Below are positions 50,367-64,000 of a stretch of 64,000 bases of DNA, one piece after another. The notes under the pieces are model-generated. The model was given only the letters and a program-made list of their open reading frames with translations, had not been told where the DNA came from and made no database searches. How positions within the stretch are numbered: position 1 is the stretch's first letter; each line of letters starts with the position of its first letter. Position numbers and translations under genes: made by a program. Source of the DNA: Ascidiella aspersa (taxonomy: Eukaryota); NCBI GenBank assembly GCA_963924565.1, contig OZ004612.1, forward strand, positions 6,634,001 to 6,698,000, written 5' to 3'.

Positions 50367-51341
50367 CAGGGTTTCTTAACCGTGGCCCTCGGCCCCCCTG
50401 GGGGGCCACAGAGCGGTCATTGGGGAGCCACGGGCATCTCTAGCAAGTTATGCGAAAACTAAATGGTCACTTTTTTAAAATTTACTAGTTAACTTAATTT
50501 TGTGTTTTTTATTATGACTGTAAACCTTTCTTGTAGCGTTTTTGTAACCAATTTTTTCTGACACGTGCTTTGACTCGTCAGTAGTGATGTTTAAAGTAGA
50601 ATATTGGATCATTTTTATTTGTTTTATCGCGTAAAGTTACGCCTAATTGGTTGTTCGCGAGGGCAAGTTTGGTTAAAGGCCTACCGCTGCGGCGAAACAA
50701 TTACTGATGTGCTTCATACGTAGCCATCCAGAGCGGCGTCAGCGTTTTTTGGGGGCGGCCAATTATTACTCTCCGATAACTTTGCTTAATCATTAAGTGA
50801 ACTACAAATGTTGTCAGACGAGCAACTAGTGTGCAATGTCAGGTGCAACGGCTTTGCAAATTCCTTTAAGGCCGTTTAGTTGCAAAATAAACATTCCATC
50901 GTAAAACGTATATTACGCTACAGGGTTATTCAAATATTTAAGGTCATTTTTAGGCTAACATTCATCGGTTCATGCACAGCTTATTTGTCAAGTAGGCTAA
51001 TAGTAACGCATTAACAAAACAAAAATCGGGAAATCATCTCGACGAATGTAGTGACATCGCTTGACTCAGTACAAAACAGAGCGGAATATAAAAAATGACC
51101 AGGCGGCGTCGAAGAACAAGATTTGTCATGAAAAACTAAGTTAATTTAAATCAAAATGACTAATTTGTACAAAGTAAGTGCATTTATTTGTTGATTAATG
51201 GCTGTATTTGTTATTAACGAGAAGAAGTAAAACAAGTAAAATACGTTAAACACAATGCTTGGTATTTTTACAAGAACGGGGCCACGAGGGTCGAGAGCCA
51301 CTCAAAGGGGGCCACGAAGCATAAAAGGTTGAAAACCACTG
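50367..51341. mobile_element. Non-autonomous hAT element upstream of aGPCR1
   Basis: CAGGGTTTCTTAACC...GGTTGAAAACCACTG; perfect TSD GTGTAGAC. Confidence 0.88.
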
Positions 51342-52039
51342 GTGTAGACCCTTCTTTGGCAGTTGTCAGTCGCTATTTTGGCTAGTAGGTAACCCTTTCA
51401 TTACACATGTTTTTGCGTTATTTAGGCGGATTTATTCAAATCTTTGTTTCCACGGATTAGGTAGAGTTGTACAAATATTTCTAAAGCAAGTGCATTGCTA
51501 TTCAAAATGTCGGCAAACGTTTCATTCAAACGTTTGCTATAGCATAACTGCTGTAGTTAAGTAATTAAGAACATACCGGGAAAATTAGTTATATGTTAAT
51601 ACGTTTATAAATTAAAATCGCGTCGCCTTATTTACCTTGGGGTGTACACTGTGTTACATAAATGTTTCTTCTGATTTTGAAACAAGACTTATTTTTTAAG
51701 TGACGCGCTTCATTCAAATAAGAGCTAAAGCGATTTGTGAATCAATTATTTCATCCGGTAAGTCTTATAATCAGTGAGCCCGTATCGTATTTTAATGTTT
51801 ACCCTGAGAAAAAGAATTTCGCAAAAAGTAACAAAATATTTACTGGGCACTTGAATAAATGCGATGGCGAATATATTACTAATCTCAACGTTGTGGAAAC
51901 TTTTTTTTCACCTTTGACTTGCAATTCTAATCTAGAACATAATGACACATAAAATGTATGGACATGCACGCGCACACGCGAACTCACATGAAAAGCTTCT
52001 ACTTTTAAATGACCGAGCAGCCCTGTACAGTTAGTTCTA

Positions 52040-53536
52040 ATATGCCAGAGTCCCACACAAGTCTAAATATATACATTTGCGTGACGATGAGAATTTTTCT
52101 AGTAGTAGTCAAAAGTCTGCCTACGATTTTTTCTACGCTTTGCGGAAACGCGTAGCTAAATGATGCCAATTCGAGCTAAACTGTGCGTAAGATGAACTCA
52201 TTGTTTGTTTGGAGTAACATTTATAAAGTTATTAAATACATTATTAATGACAAAGCATAATTATGTAGGCAAATATTTTACATCAGCTGTAGTCTAACTC
52301 TATAGCCCCAAAATCTAAAACAAGTGTAATTAAACTTGCAATCGTAAAAAAATCGTTTCGTTTTCATAATAAGACATACGCCATACGTCATACAGTCGAG
52401 TTGGGGTCGTACCACCGGTAAACCCGCCGTCAATCATCGCTTTAGGCAAACTCTGTACTGTAAGTTGTGGATATCGAAAAATCGCATGTTATTACGCCAT
52501 CAATATATTCCACACATAATCTATGGAAATCAGCTCCGAAAATGACAAAATTGTACAACTGCGATTAACTAGACGAATTAAACAAAATTGACATATGCGA
52601 ATCGTATTTGTAACCCCTCAGTATGGAGTGGCAAATGCGTTAAACATATTTTAAGTCTTTTGAAATAATTCTGGCACAAGTAGCTTTTAAGTTAGAAAAA
52701 GTTATATTCGATATCTTTCATTTCTAAAATAATAATTTAATTCTGTATCGGATATTTACAAAAATCACATTAGAGTTCACTAAACAAAAAACTCAACATT
52801 TGCAGACGTCGCTTAATTTAGTTTTTGTTGGCTGCGGTTAAAAAAACAACTTGGATCGTATTTTAGTTAAATCATTTGTCAGCCATGTAAAAAGTAAGCG
52901 GTTTCTTTCAAAATAATAATTTAAAAAAGAAAAGCATCAATAGATAAAAACATATATGTAGAACTTTGTGCCTTGTGTGGGACTCTGGCATATTAAGTCT
53001 AATTATATACATTTGCGTGACGATGAGAAATTTTCTAGCAGTTATAGTCAAAAGTCTGCCTACGAGTTTTTCTACGCTTTGCGGAAACGCGTAGCTTAGT
53101 GATGCCAATTGGAGCTAAACTGTGCGAAAGATGCACTCATTGTTTGTTTGGAGTAAACGATCGTTGGTATCTTTGGTGCTCTTAAAAGTAGCCGTGTGTT
53201 AACAGATAATGCTTTTAACAGAATTTGCAGGTCACAATGTAGTTTTTTTTTTATTTTTCTGCTTTTATTGCCCAAACAAATACAAACTGCGAAACAATTG
53301 ATGGGCATTTATAAACTTATTAAATACATTTTTTATATACAAAGCATAATTATGTAGGATAATATTGCACATTAGCTGGTAGTCTAAATCTATAGCCCTA
53401 AAATCTAAACTAAGTATAATTAAACTTGCAATCGTAAAAAAAATCGTTTCGTTTTCATAATAAGACATACGCCATACGTCATACAGTCGAGTTGGGGCCG
53501 AACAACCTGTAAACCCTCAGTCAATCATCGCTTTAG
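52040..53536. repeat. Local duplications between the two aGPCR genes
   Basis: 52061-52445 matches 52998-53536; 52445-52845 matches 49012-49410 in aGPCR1 intron 1. Confidence 0.8.
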
Positions 53537-53719
53537 ACACGCCTTCCATTAACAAATCTATATATAAGTTGAGAAATACAGTAACACATGACACAGCGTG
53601 CTATGTTTAACACACAATTGCGTGTTCTGCCTTTGCAACGCTGTAAAGATATACAATTTTCTCAGAAATATCAAAACAGTTAGGTCGGAAACTAATTAGC
53701 CTTCTGTCATTTAAAACCA

Positions 53720-56700
53720 TCATCCAACGTTAGTTGACCCGGTCACAGCGGTTGACATCGAACCGTTGTTGCTGGCTCCCGGGAACTTGTTCTTCTTTCG
53801 GATCTGAAGGCTCTTTATCGCTGTTCTGTTCCAAGCGTTCACGGAGGCGTTTCGTACCTCCTTGCTAAAGACGCAGTAGACGAGAAAAATAAACAATCCT
53901 TGTAGTCCGTTCACCACGATCGTCAGGTACAGGAACACAACGCTCGCGTCTGTTTAAAACAAGAAAATGGAGGTTAGAACGGCGACACCCACAGACAAGA
54001 AAATGTCCTATCATTGAGTTTTCTGTTGCCATAAACGAAGACTCTCCCTATTTAAAAATCAATTCGAAGTGTGTTTGACAACAAACTTCTTTGTAAAGTT
54101 TCGATGGATAATTATCAACTTGGTTAATCAGAACAGGTTTATTTAACTTCACGTATGATTTAAACATGAATATAAATCAACGACGTATCTCTGCAATATG
54201 TGATCAACCACCTATAAAGGTAAGCCATCGTAACTATGTGCTACATTTTCTAGCCCTGCTTGATTGCACTACGACCCTAGAAGGTTTAACTGATTTCGTT
54301 AACAATCTTTTCGAAGTACCCGGTAAACGACCACCTCTAAAACTTTTTTTGTTTAAACCAGCAATCCGCTACACAACTTGGGTAGACTCTTCATAAGTTT
54401 ACAATTAGGAAACATATACACTTACCGACGAGCAAGAAGAGCAGCCAAGGAACACTCATGATGGGCAGGAGCATGGCTGTGGCCTTGAGTGCAGCGCGCA
54501 AATGCGTCGTGTCCAGTTTGGTACCGCTAGAATTCCCGCCTCGCTCAGCAATCGGCTTAAAACTATCGGTTTTCTTACTCATCTTATGGACGAAGAATCC
54601 GACTCGGATTAGGATGAAGAGGTTGATCAAGATGATAACGCCGACTGGGAGCATTACGGAAGCGTAGAGGATCGGAGAAACATTCACCCAGCACTTCTTG
54701 TAGCCCCCTGCGCCATTCGGGGCCAGGTAAATTTCGAGAAGGAATCCTGGTATTGCGCTTATGGTCACTATAAGCGCAGGTAGACCCCAAGCGAAAATCA
54801 TTCTTGGCGCGTTTGAATTTCGCGCGGAGTTGAGCTTCATGGCTTGGTCGGTGGTCTTCAGCAACAATGATGTACCCTCCACCAGCATCCAGAAGGCTAA
54901 AGATTTTAAATTACAGTGGTTTTATTAACGGCTTATCAAATGAAACACGGATTTAAATTTCTTTCTCACTGCTATATATAGTATTATGGTAATGGTATTT
55001 GTTCAGGTTTTTGAAAAAGAAAAAAAACTTCTGTCTGTATTTTTGTTTGAATATTTTGTTCATTAACACATTTTCTCGACTGGACAGCATACAAGCTGTC
55101 ATACGGTTCCCACAAAGAAACATCGCCACATTTTGCACTCATTTTAGCCACGGAGGGTTACAAGGGTTGTTTAATGTCTCCATATTTCTTGTGAAAAAGT
55201 GTCTTTCCGCGTCATATGGAATGCACTTATATTATGGCTGCCGGACGCAACACTAATTGTAACACAAATGATGCAATTAGTTATAAAGATGCTTGTCCAA
55301 ACCATTTCGCCGGTGAAAGCCAACACATACTCTCTTTCACTGATTACGCTTCCAAGTAAACGTTACAGCAGTTTAAAAGGTATCAGCATTTATTTTATTT
55401 TGTCAAATCATAAACCGTTTAGGGACGACAGTGGTTTAATATGTCAATCTGAATGATTGTAAGTTCTAATTTTTTATTTTTATGGTCGTTATCGCAAGTT
55501 CTTTCTCATCGCGTTGTTGATTTTTTTTCCTATGTGCTTTTCCATATATTGTTTCTCGAGCGTTCGGTCTCATTGGCCCTGAAGAAGGCGATTTGAATAG
55601 GTTGTCAAAGCGTTTGTTGACAATTACAACTAGCAGACTAGCTGTTTGTGATTGCTACTATTAAGCCTGCGGTAGCGAAATTTGATATATTTGAAAGTCC
55701 TTATTGTTCAACGGTGTTTCTAACCGACGAACGACTAACCTGAACTCAGTATGAAAAAATGCAAAACCAGGGCGGTCACTTCGCAAAATGTACGGCTTTG
55801 CAGCGCCGCGTCGTGAACCAGGTTGAAAACGTGGAAAAGCAGCAGGGCGATAGCCAGGTTGATTTGCACAACGCTTCGTTCGTTACCTCGCCTCTTGCGC
55901 GCAGCTATAAGGACGGTGAGCGTCAATAGGAGTGACAGAATCGACACGGTTCCGCAGACGTACGTCAAAGCCTGGATGATGATTAGTGGTTATTTGTCGT
56001 TTCCCTTGAGCTATTACGTTTTATTTTTAGCGACTCTTCTATTAGTTAGTGTGGGTGGTTTAGGTTTGATTTAGCACGATTTATTGATATATATATATAA
56101 TATAAAAATTGATAATAACTTCATTGAATGCTTAGTTGGGTCGGTTTGAGCCAATACAACCATTTATTTGGTCAATCAAATGTGTATCGTACAGGTGTAT
56201 TTTTAGAAGCTGATATAACTGCTGTTTGCCAGTCTTCAAACGCGGTATGTTACAATTTTTTACTAAACTGAATTTAAGGGGTAAGCGTAAAGAAGTATAT
56301 GTGGGAAAACCTTGGGATGCTGTTTTACCACAGCACAATGCTCTCTTTAAAATGGCGCATAAAATAGGGCAAATACAGAGCTATGTGTACCGTTCTTTTT
56401 AAACCTAACAAATAAAATTCCTGCCAAACATACGACAACAAAACAAAAAGGTAATCTTTTCCGGTTACTCAGTGTTTTGAGGGCAGATTTTTTCTTTTTA
56501 TTGCATTTTAAGAGAAATGTACATCACTTAAACGATAAACTGCTCCCTGAATAAATTTCGGATGGTTCAATTCTAACTCCATAATCGCTAACAAACCGTT
56601 GAATTATGTTTCAATAAACATGGATAAACAAGTACGTACATCAAGTCATAGTACGATTTTCAATATAACTAACCTTTGCTGATGCAGGAACCAGTCTCCC

Positions 56701-59700
56701 GGTAACAGAGAGCAACACAGCGAAGATGGTTGTGTGGTTCGACTTGCATCTCACTTTACCTTCTTCATCTACTCCAAGATTCGTCATGCCGTAACTCGAC
56801 CACTCCCCGCTCGATTCGTTCAGAAAAACGCACAAGTACGTAGCGCTCTCAAGGCGAAACCGCCCCTCGTTCTTGTTGTTTATCATCGCGACCGCGCGTT
56901 GTGCTTCGGCCGCGTTGACTTTAATTCCAAACCTCACTGTAACGTTGGACTGTGACACTTCGGGTAGAATTTCCAACGCAATGCCAACCGGGATTTGTCC
57001 GCTGATGGTTAATTCGCTGTTCTTTGTGGGTGAAAATACGCTCGTTTTTAGCTTGAGGGTCTGAAGTGTTAAGTTGAAACCTACTGGGGAGTCTAGTTCC
57101 ATTAATATTTGACCCCCTGAACCTAGGGTCTGTTGTAAAGTCTCCCCCGGTGCCACGTTTGCCTTCCTCGTTGACTGGACTTCCCACTGGCAGCAATATC
57201 CACCTAAATATAATGGACGGTATGCAGTGACACTGAATTGCCATTTATCGAGTTGCTCTTCCTTTTTTAGCATAATTTCGTGAAGCGGTCAAGGATGACT
57301 TATTTTGTTAGTCAAAATAACCTTACTAACGCAATCAATTAAATAAACCACTGCATTAAATGTTGATATTATAGGCTTTGGTGAGCATGGAAAACTGTTT
57401 ATATCACCTGTTTGTAGAGCAATAATTCAAATTTTTTAATAGTCACATTGTCGTCAATCTTCCGTGTAATGTAAGAGTTCTATATGCGAAAAACTACACA
57501 CCATCCCAATTTGTTCTTATTACTGTGATTAACTTTGATTTCGTTTTTCAAGCAATAATTTAGATCAAACGCTATAATGCATCATCGACCAAATATAGTG
57601 TTTAAAGTTGGATATACAGTCAAAAGGTTATTACTGCTCTGTAAATGGCGCTGCACAACCATTAAATATTTGACCCCAATCAGTAATTACGAACTGCTAA
57701 GCGTTTTCCTGTGAAAATTGCGGGACGCCCTTATATATTATGTTATTTGCGTCCACAGCATTAAGAGTGAAAATTTTAAACCACACATTACGTTCTTGTA
57801 TCTATAATCGCCTTTAAATTATTTTTTATGTTAAAGGAAAACTTTTATACATGTTGGGATTTTTTAAGCTAAGGTTGAAACACGTTTAGCTTACTTGCAA
57901 CAAAAATGCCGCCTGCTGTTGTATGCGTTTCGGCAAGAGCTGGTTTGCTTGTTTTTTTTGTTGCGCTTATGGCGGATGTCATTCCACTTTGTTGTCTGTT
58001 GGATCTTGAGTTTGTTGATTGCGACATTGCTGGTAAAGTTGTTCCGAGCAATGTGTCGGTGAAATTCGTGTATGTTGTTTCTGTAGTTACGATTGATGGT
58101 GTCATTTTCGTGTCTGTTGTTGTTTCTGTTGTGGTTATATTTGTTATTATTAGAAGCGTTGCTGTTGGTGTTGTTGTTGTAGGTGTTTCTTTTGTTTGAG
58201 ATTCTGTCTTTGTTTGTGTGGCGGTGGTCGATGCTGTTGTAGTTGTTGCAGCCATGGTCGGTGTTGTTGTTGTAGATTGCAAATCTGTAGCATGAAAAGC
58301 TCATAAACGACTCTGCATAAGTATGTTATTTGCAAACAAAGCATTCTGTACCTTTATAACATGAATAATAATACTTGGAAGTACACCTCACGTTATTCCA
58401 ACCGGATGACGTGGTTTCCACGCATCCTTCTATTTGATTGTCGGGCTGATTATTTTTCCAGTTATCCCAGGTTAAGGAAGAACCGTCTATCCATTTATAG
58501 CTGCTTGATTCCGTGCAGCTTGCACCGTCCTCACACTTTAACCCTTAATTAAAAAACATTCTCGCTTATGTACCTTATGAACGTATTTGTAATGTAACTT
58601 AATACTGAATGTGAAAGCTAAAAGGCCAGTAAATCAGCATCATCTTGTTTGGGACGTTTTGATACTCACTGATTATCAGTCGATGTGACTGAAATATATT
58701 CTAGCCTTACTCAAGAAATGGTTGAACGCTATTATAATTCGGAAATCATAAGAGTTGCCTTCAAACTTGCATTAGTGTCATTGTTAGGATTTGTTGATTG
58801 AGATGATGTCGACCCGACCCTTAAGCGTTGACACTCATTTTTAAGCTGCATTTTCGCTAAAAGTCTTGTGAAGTTTGTCAGTTTCCAGTCTTACCGCTCA
58901 GAACTTACCTATCCACAATTGCCTACTGCCGAAAAGCACTTCCTGCCGCATGAGACACTTCATTAAATTTCCATCGGCAGAACTTTCCAGCTTTGCCAAA
59001 TTCGATCCCCGGCTTTGGCATGCGCCTTGGGCTGAAGTGTGTGTTTCATAGGATTTAAAGATGGCGAGAAGCTTCGATCCGTTGCCGTTGATTGAAGTGG
59101 CTGTAAAACAATTGTTTAGGTGACCGGAGCAAGCTGTTGATTACTTCTGCCAAAAACGCAGGTCGATTGGCCAGTTACGACAATTATAAACCTTCACTAA
59201 GCCGATATTTTAACAAATTTATACAAGTTTGTATATATTTTATATCAGTCAACAGCGTAAAAGATTCCTTCTTTCTTCAGTAAAATTAACAATCACAAAA
59301 TACAAGTCTTCACGCTTTTTCTGTTCGTTACTTTAGTTTGCAATGTTTAGAGCAGTGATTCCCAAACTTTTTTTCTCGCGAACCATTTTGAGCTTTTGTA
59401 CAGTGTTGATGTACCACCTAAGTTACACCTTACCAGAATATCTCAAACTTTAACTCAGTGGTTCTTAACCTTTTTTCAGCCGCGCCCCCCTTTGGTAATT
59501 TTCTCATGCCTTGCGCCCCCCTAATATTTCGACATTTTGCAATTAAATATCACTGAGAAAACAGGAAAATAGTGAAGGAAGGGGTTGTTGGTCGCGCGAA
59601 GCGCGAAAAATTTTGAGTTTTAGTTGGTCGAATTGGCTAAACTGCAACCGAAGAGGCGTTTCGCATTGGGCACGCAACAAATTGCGCGAGCTCGACACAT

Positions 59701-62250
59701 TGATTTTATCGAGCTGATTTTGACAAACGTGTTGCGAGGGCATTTACTCCACAGTAGTAAGAGTTATTATGTCGAGCGCAAAAAATGTCAAGCGCAAATA
59801 TTAAACATTGCGTTATCGTGTTTCAAAAGATGTAACGACACACAATACAACGGCAATATTGCAAAAACAATACAGTTTCGCGCAAAAAAAGTTCGACTCC
59901 CCCTGTTGCTATAGCCTGTTATCATATATAAAATATGGATGAAAAATAGTCCGAAAGGGCGATAGCTTTTATCGTTTATCTATAAGTTAATTTAATAGGA
60001 CGGTGATACCATGAATTTTCTAAAAGGGAACTATAAGATTCGCGTGCAGCGCGAAAATTTTTGCAGTTTTAATGTTAAAGTTGGCAAAAAACAGAGTTTG
60101 GATGTAGGAATTATGCCTGACCCAAACGAAACCCTTAAAATCACTGCAAAAAGTTAAAATATATAAAGTCGAGCTCGCGCCCCCCTTAGAATTCCTTGGC
60201 GCACCCCTAGGGGGGCGCGCCCCCCCGGTTAAGAACCGCTGCTTTAACTATTTTAGCATATTATACAAAATAAAATGAGCATGTAAGCAGAATTAAACTT
60301 TACCAAACGCCATACCAGGAAGACAAAGAAGCCATAAATTAAACAAAACCCAATTCAATGCGATAGTTGTTTTTTCTTCACCAGCTGGTCGATACATACG
60401 ACAATACTACACCGCTCACTATTAGTTTATTACTACATATATATTAAACCAGCTAACAATTAGCGTTTTATTATCTTGAACAAGATAAGTGTTACGTCAT
60501 AAACGTGCGAAACCTCAAGTTAAAAGTAACTAGAACGCAGCACGGCAAATTACCCAATCTGAAAGTTTAAAAAGTTGAACGTTTTCGAAATTTATACGTA
60601 TGCTGAAGTTAGTGGCGTACCATCTGAAAGACTCTCGCGTACCACCGGTGGTACGCGTACCACAGTTTGGGAACCACTGGTTTAGAGTGTTTCTCAGCTC
60701 ATGGGTCGCAACCCAAAATTAATTCGCCAATTGATTTGGTCGGGTCGGCGACTATAGTAGTGTTTTATGGTTAGATTTATAGAGATTGGTTCTGAGTAAG
60801 ATTTCTCTAATACTTGATAAAAATGCGTAAGCTGTAGAAAAACACGGCCACATAATTTAAATTCGTGTAGATGCAAACGGCCTATGCACTTTTATCGCTT
60901 ACAAAAAGTTCAGGGGAGCGAATTGGAGCAATTTTCAACTCAGCAAGTTTCGGTAAAAAACGAGTAGATAAAGTGATTTTTATGAAACTATTTTCACGGT
61001 AAAAACAATAGTCGCACTACAAGTGTTTAAGTATACATTTCTTTGGAAGTTTGTTGTACAGCGGTGGAGAAATAAAAGAGTCCCGATTCCAGTAAGAATA
61101 AACAGAAAATACCGATTTTTATTCTGATTTTTTCTGTGGTTTGAAGCTGGACTAATCGATATTTAATCAGTGCCAGTATAATTTTCCCAACAACCGTTGG
61201 TTGAAAAACAACTTGACAATATCATGGTACGATTGCAACAAATATAAAGCCCATCAAAACTCACATTGACATTGGCAGTAGTAGAAATGAAGCAGATGTT
61301 GATGCTCAAAGAATTTTTGCGCTTCATCAGGTGCATCTGAGACGGTATTTGCAATTTATTTTACGCTTTCCACGTGGTAAAACACTTATCTTCAAACCAG
61401 TAGTTTTTATAATCAGTTAATCAATCATTTAGGCACGCGTTGCCTTTATGTAGAATCAAAGCTAATAAAACTATATTCGTTTACCAGTTACTGGCGATCC
61501 ACCATTGCACACTTCTGACCGATCTAAATAAAGAAACAAGTTTATATTTGTAGATATAAAGGTTATAACAAAATAAATTTGTTGGGTTTTGTTCACAGTT
61601 GTGTTTTTAGGAGTTAAAAAAACCGTGTTGTAATGTCTTTTTTCTTGACTTGACTTAAGTGCACATATGTCACTGTTTTCAATGAATTGACTTGACTCAA
61701 TTTTTTTGACAAAATGACTTGACTTCAATTGCGGCTTAAGTCATTTTGTGAAATATCTTGGGATTTTCATTGATTATTTTATTAAAATTTATCTCGAGTT
61801 TTGCACGTTAAACAATTTGATTGTTGTATATTGCGTTGGTGTTATTTTTTAGTTGAATTGTTGCCCATAAATGGACGAGTTTACCAGTTTTAATAGTTCA
61901 ACAGTTTACTTTTATGTTAAAGACATGACTTTAAATTGACTTGCTCTCATAATGACTTGACTGGGACTTGACTTGTCAAACGGATGACTTGGACTGGGAC
62001 TTGACTTGATATTTTTGCAAAAGACTCTAATTGGACTTACATTACTTTTTTAAATGACTTGACTGGGACCTAAGTCATTTTAAAATAACTTGTTTACAAA
62101 ACTATTAAAAACCCATGATAGCAAAGCGATTGCAAAAAACTCAACCCAATAGCACTTTAACTCACCGAGTCCTAGAACTGCTTTGCTTCCCAATTCCGAC
62201 AAAGCCAACAAGAATAAAATTAGCATTCCTGCCAGATTTTTTCTTGTCAT
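53720..62250 (-). CDS. Adhesion GPCR with C-type lectin domain, mucin stalk, GPS and 7TM (paralog 2), 9 exons, about 786 aa
   Basis: Exons 62250-62166 (signal peptide MTRKNLAGMLILFLLALSELG), 61523-61485, 59100-58909 and 58543-58352 (CTLD: LWIGL..WIDG..WDNW..QPD..CVE..WNN..C), 58284-57895 (Thr-rich), 57203-56674 (GPS CVFL..WSSYGM..RCKSNHTTIFAVLL), 55971-55740, 54896-54426, 53949-53720. Phases are consistent. Confidence 0.92.
59353..60679. mobile_element. hAT MITE with a second hAT element nested inside (59456-60241)
   Basis: Outer TSD GTTTAGAG and inner TSD CTTTAACT are both perfect; CAGTG...CACTG/CGCTG termini. Confidence 0.9.
61630..62105. mobile_element. Inverted, older copy of the AAGTC-repeat MITE
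   Basis: Reverse-complement similarity to 31968-32478 (gacttgactgggacttgacttg; aacagtttacttttatg). Another remnant lies at about 42475-42850. Confidence 0.75.
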
Positions 62251-63886
62251 TCTTGTATTCAGAAATTTTACACTATAGTTTTAAAAAACAGACACACCTT
62301 TCTTCAAAACTATAACAACATGGCTATCAGCGTGCTTGTTACGGTTTTAAGCGTTTTCGCCAGTTACATACACATTTGAATGTATAGACTTATCTCCTGT
62401 AACTCAGTTATTTTTGTAAGCTTATTGGGTCTTATCTAATTGCTTTCCTAATTATAATGCGCTACACTGCCATCAACATCATGATAAAACTTCATACAGC
62501 TAAAGTAACCGGAACTTAATCTACCTCATCCGTATGTTATAAGCGTGGTGAAGCTAGAACTAGATCCACACAATACATTAATGACGACTACCGCTGTAGT
62601 CCCATGACGTAATTTGATCATTAAATATGTGTTAGCACACGCTTGAATTTGTAATTCATAACGTATACCGTATTGACTTAGCCTACTTACCTAACAGAAC
62701 ATACAGCTTTATTATATCGTGTTTAAAAGGTTTATTTGCGAAATTGGGAACATGACATATATATACAGGTATAATAAAACGGTACCGGTAATACATAAAC
62801 ACAACAGCTTTACAAATATAGACTTAAAACAGTGCGCACGAAAGCAATATAGTGAAGTTTGTTTTACCAAGAGTTTTGCCATTTGTTACGCATTTATGCC
62901 AAGTGGTTAATCGTATGAAAATGCTAAACAACAAATTAATTAAAATTGAAAAAATGAAAGCTTTTTGTGCACCACAAGTAAATTCAATCGAGCGAAATTT
63001 AACGTATTTCAATACTGTGTTGAACTACCATTAGTGCAACGCATATAACAAAAAATAACAATAAAATTTCGTGTAAACCGTTGGGTGGTGTGTATTTACT
63101 TAAAGCCCTACAGGTGCTGGTTTTCAGCCAATTTATTTCGACTTGATGTAATGGTTTGCCAGTGGCTTTTAAACAACGCCATGTAATTATTGAAGTTAAT
63201 GTCCTGCACCGAACCGGCAAAATATATTACAAAACGCCAATGTTATGTTTGCGAGGCTTAGAAGCAACCTGTTGTGCGCTTTATTCTTCGTCAAGACGAA
63301 AACGTATCACAAATTTGTTTTTTTACAAATGGTATATATCACGTCGGCCTGTTTTTGAACAAATCGGGGCTCGCTAAACAAGAAACTTAATTACCACTTA
63401 GAAACGCCAATTAAGATTCTAGGGCGTCAAGATGGGGGTGATCTAAACGTTTTGCACTGCAAACTGAACAAGCAGAAAATCAAATAATTAAATTTACATA
63501 ACTATAAAATGATAAAGAAGCGGCATTAGAAATCCTGCATCACTTCAGAGTGACCTATAACGTTCGAAAGTTAATACGACGTGTTATGTTAATTTTCGGG
63601 ATATTTAGGTTGTAAACTGCTGCGGCGGTTATTTAGGGGCAGTTGCTACACATGGTAATTTTATTTACGCCTCGTTATTAGCAAGTCGCATTTTCCTCCA
63701 AATTGCGCCACTTACTTAGTTTTTTTTCTGATTCTGATTTTACTTTTATTAAATGAAGGTGTTATGCGAAAGCTTGTCACTATTGCAATACAATTTGTGT
63801 TCGGCATAGTGCCTCGTGTTTTCAGATTTGTAATTTGCGTGTCACGTTAAAACTCCGGAAACGTGCAGGAACTTGAACTTGTAAAA

Positions 63887-63960
63887 ATGGCGGTTTCGAA
63901 AACCTACATAGGGGTTAGTTATGAAAAGCAAGAAGCAGTTGTGACAAAGATACACAGAGG
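63887..63960 (+). CDS. Possible first coding exon of a downstream gene (MAVSKTYIGVSYEKQEAVVTKIHR...)
   Basis: ATG in AAAATGGCGG context after a CCGGAA motif; possible donor GTACTG at 63961. No homology recognised. Confidence 0.25.
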
Positions 63961-64000
63961 GTACTGAAAGCTTGTAAATGTCGACATGAAAAGTGGTGAA

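Overview
AT-rich animal genomic DNA with GT-AG introns, most consistent with a marine invertebrate such as a tunicate (an inference, not proven). Four genes could be assembled by hand with consistent splice phases. (1) A NIPA-family Mg2+ transporter on + (5082-34889), with a duplicated, mosaic-diverged, frameshifted second terminal exon (38600-39116). (2) A ~22-exon EF-hand/WD40 gene of the WDR49/EFCAB8/WDY type, nested antisense inside the 25.4-kb third NIPA intron (7117-30008). (3,4) Two tandem adhesion GPCR paralogs on - with C-type lectin, mucin stalk, compact GAIN/GPS and 7TM (40515-49967; 53720-62250). Non-coding DNA holds a short non-autonomous LTR element with a tRNA-Met primer-binding site, tRNA-derived SINEs, and many hAT and Harbinger MITEs with intact TSDs, two inserted at splice donors. 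It also holds intronic copies of exon acceptor sites and short hairpin elements carrying minimal hammerhead-ribozyme cores of Penelope/retrozyme type. All alignments and counts were done by eye.
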